Below are positions 60,933-64,000 of a stretch of DNA of 64,000 nt, piece after piece. Position 1 is the stretch's first letter. Every line of letters starts with the position of its first letter. Made by a program: the position numbers and the translations under genes. The stretch spans positions 7,874,001 to 7,938,000 of the forward strand of contig CM102285.1 in the NCBI GenBank assembly GCA_046563655.1, read 5' to 3'. The stretch is from Yuukianura sp. NJ FZ-2021. Lineage: Eukaryota. The notes under the pieces were generated by a model that had not been told where the DNA came from, ran no database searches, and saw only the letters and a list, made by a program, of their open reading frames with translations.

Positions 60933-62385
60933 TTAACTCGTTACGTAATCTTTCATCCAAAATGGTTTTTTCCGATTTCTCATCCTTTTTTCAAAATTTT
61001 CTTTTCTGCAAATTGCTTTCATTTTTCCTTTAGGAGTAAACGTATTAGGAGATTCGTCACCCGAGGAATCAGAATCAATTAAAATTAATTCATTTTCCAC
61101 GTACAACTTTTTAATTTTAGTAAAGGAATTTTCGATGTCAATTAAAGAAACTGATTGTAAGCCAATATTATATAAAATTGTTTGCAATAGTTTAGTAAAG
61201 GATGGATACAAATAAATTTTTAATTTCGCAAGAGCAACAAATTTTAACAAAAAATCTACCAAATTTTTCCCAAAACACAATATTGTTTTAAAGTTAAGTG
61301 TTAATAGAATTTGCTCGATGTCGTTAAAGTCTATATTTTCAGAAAATTTAAAAATCGTTAATTTTTTTGGTTTTTTGAGTTGAAACATTTGAAAGCCTTT
61401 TGAAATTTTCAATCTTGCAAAATATTGAACAAGAAAATTGTCAGCGTTCAGTAATAGAATTGTGGGTTGGAGATCACTTTCGCAGTCTGTTTTTCTTAGT
61501 CGTTTTTTAGGACATGCTCCATTATAACCGCCAAAATGACCTATACAAAAGTTGTTCCTCTTGAAAAGATAAGCAACTTTTACTAGGACATTTTGGCGGT
61601 TGTAATGGAGCATGTTCTAGTCGAAAAAACGACAAAGAAAAACAGACTGCGAAAGTGATCTCCAACCGAATTGTGTTTATGTTATATTTAATTAGCAATT
61701 CATCAATCTTTTCCCATTCACATTCCATTAAAGTAGGAAAATAGAGAATTTCAAAAGAAGTGTAGCCAGTCTGAAATGGCGTGTGAACATCTGTTCTGAA
61801 ATTCTGCAAATTAGTTTTTACGGTCCTGAAAATTTTTTCTGGTGACTCTAAATCTTGTTTTAAAGAATCTAACGTAACATAGTAAGTTTCTGGTTCAAAA
61901 TCGGGTAGATCCCATGGCATAATTTTTCTCATCCTACCTGCATGCGCAGTAGAAAGTTTTCCTGTACTTAAACACTTGATTTTATATAATAAGTCATTTA
62001 CTTTCTTCAAAATTTCATAATTTCCTAAATAGTAAGGAATGAATTTTGGAGTTTGACCTTTCTTGGGTCTTTTTGGAAATTTTAGTTTAACTTTGTCACC
62101 AATTCGAAATTCAACTTCTTTCCGTCTTTGATCTTCTCTTTGTTTGTACCTCGCTTGCTCTTTCTCCAAAGATTCTTTAACTAATTTTCTAACAAATAAA
62201 ATATCCGAATTTGATCTGAAAGCTCCAGGTTGAGAAATTTCGTACGGAAAATTAGGCTCTCGATTGAAAACTACTCGATAAGGAGTCTGGTGAGTACTCT
62301 CTTGTTTAGAAGTATTATAGGCAAACTGTAATTGATCTAAATTTTCATCCCAATTATCATGCATTGTACTAACATAGTGTGAAAC
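60933..62385 (-). pseudogene. Gypsy integrase C-terminus with ~250-aa extra domain, split by a MITE
   Basis: NWDENLDQLQFAYNT..HQTPY; FRIGDKV..KFIPYYLGNYEI (GPY/F); tail RMRNRKKPFWMKDYV. Confidence 0.85.
61465..61667. mobile_element. 203-bp palindromic MITE with 8-bp TSD (GG termini, Merlin- or MULE-like)
   Basis: GAATTGTG|GGTTGGAGATCACTTTCGCAGTC...GACTGCGAAAGTGATCTCCAACC|GAATTGTG. Confidence 0.9.
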
Positions 62386-64000
62386 TGTCAGGTGCGGTAG
62401 CACCTGTGGTAAGCCCTATCAGTTATCAAGGCTATAAAGCCTAGTGCACACCGTGCACAAGAAGTTAGACAAGGGTTAGACAAGAGTTAGACAAGAGAGA
62501 GCAAGCACAATAAACACAAGTTAAGACCAAGCATTAGACCGAGCAACTGTTCTTAACAATGGTGCCGAAAGCCAAGTGAACCGACCTTATTGATAGCTCC
62601 CCCCCTGCAGCTTCCGAACTGGAAGTTGTAGGGAGGATTTGTTCAATTCTTATTAAAACACACTAAAAATGGACTTTCCAGAATACTACCGAAATCCACA
62701 ATACACACCTGGATACATCAGGATCCCAAGCTCGATTAGGTACGGACAAATCAAAATTACTCAAAATGGAAATCCGGAGCCAAGAAATATCATGACGAAT
62801 CAGACTCATCCTGTCATGCAAACGGAATATCAAACGCAAAATTATTTTCGACAACCGCAGTAAGTTCATCATGGACAATACTCTCACCATAATCAACCCA
62901 GGAAACGAAATTTCACCTTCAATAAGTTTCGAGGTACCAACCGGAATTTCTCTAAACCCTATCATGAACGGCAGAGGTCAAGGGGCACTCAAATTGAATT
63001 ATTCCGGGAACCACATGATGTTCAATGCAGTCACAGCAAAATAATGCAAAGTCAACCAAAACCGTTACCACCTTTCAGCTATTTTCTGCAGAATGCCCCT
63101 AATACTAAGCAAGCTGTGCTGGACCTTCTCAATTTTAATAAAAAAACCTTCTACGGAACCAGAAATTTTGGACTCAGACGAAGACTCTGATGATGACGAT
63201 GATTGCTACTATTATGTGGTAACACCCCCTGCAAAAACACCATCAATACCACTAGAAACTGACAAAAACGACACCGTCACAATCTCAACACCAGCATCTC
63301 TTAAAATTGATTTGACGAACGAGGAAGCAGACAGACACGAGAACACCACAAACGAGACGATAATTACATTATCCGAAGACTTCAATACCATCACGACCGC
63401 AAACTGCAAAGTGGATGATGAAAATTATGTTGATAAAGCAACTTTTATTGACCACACCAGAAGTCTCGTATCAAATACGGAAACCCACCAACCTTACGAA
63501 ATGATACAGCAATTAACCACGTCGGAACCAGTTCATCTAGTACCACAACAATGGCTACATACACATGTGCAACCAGACAACTGTTGTAACGAGACGAACA
63601 CGACAATAATCTCTTTAATTGATTCAGATTGGAAATGGAAACACCTTCATCTTAACCTCTCCGTGCCCGAACTCAATATTTCATCCGTGATTCAACACCC
63701 CGCTATTCGACTACCAATAGAACAAACATCGTTCATCTCCCCATTGGCTCATTGGTCAGCATTCGGTGTTATCATGCAAGTCCTATTCTTTCTTAGGGCC
63801 ACATGGATTACCTACATCGTTCTCAAAACTGAGTTACGTAACTTCATCATGATGGGAACTATACCGAGTGTACGCGCCTTTGACGTACCAAACTTTGTTG
63901 TCAATCTGATGGACGACTTTCTTCTACTGCTGATCCTAATCACTCTCATCCTCATTCTGATATGCAATTGCAAACCCACACGGAACGCTCATTTGGACCT
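62386..64000 (+). mobile_element. 5' end of an LTR retrotransposon inserted into the gypsy integrase: ~173-bp LTR (62386-62558), tRNA-Phe PBS, first ORF running off the window
   Basis: TGTCAGG...CTTAACA, A, TGGTGCCGAAA (62560-62570); GTTAGACAAG repeats and AATAAA in the LTR; ORF from ATG 62669 with a stop and a frameshift, open ~63108 to the window end. Confidence 0.7.

Larger units (their letters stand above)
56090..62385 (-). mobile_element. 3' portion of an env-bearing Ty3/gypsy LTR retrotransposon
   Basis: Integrase C-terminus, env, accessory ORF, PPT (56601-56612, AAGGGGAGAAA on minus) and candidate 3' LTR 56600-56090 (TGTTATG...CGTAACA, AATAAA near 56160). Confidence 0.8.

Overview
Eukaryotic (arthropod-like, short GT-AG introns; organism not verifiable here) genomic window with two halves. 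1-21 kb is gene-dense: a minus-strand BTB/POZ transcription-factor gene with apparently alternative 3' exons (Pipsqueak-type HTH vs piggyBac-type Cys-rich finger), PNKP (minus) head-to-head with METTL1/Trm8 (plus), and several foldback MITEs. 21.4-64 kb is a nested transposon/virus graveyard. The standout is a young, structurally complete Ty1/copia LTR retrotransposon (22115-29800; 416-bp LTRs with 2 mismatches, AAAGC TSD, tRNA-iMet PBS, PPT). It carries a class I viral fusion-protein-like env (signal segment, RHKR furin site, fusion peptide, heptad repeat, TM) one nucleotide out of frame with gag-pol, and it is inserted in a piggyBac transposase. Further right are a Ty3/gypsy remnant with a class III (gB/mononegavirus G-like) env, a tandem trio of secreted TM-less paralogs of that glycoprotein, an LTR containing a tRNA-like sequence, a cargo-carrying hAT-like TIR element, and Polinton/adintovirus (protease, pPolB, capsid), PIF1, BEL/Pao, LINE, hAT and copia fragments. 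Nearly all old fragments lie on the minus strand, as in a unistrand piRNA cluster. All protein-family calls are by-eye motif recognition; no searches were run.
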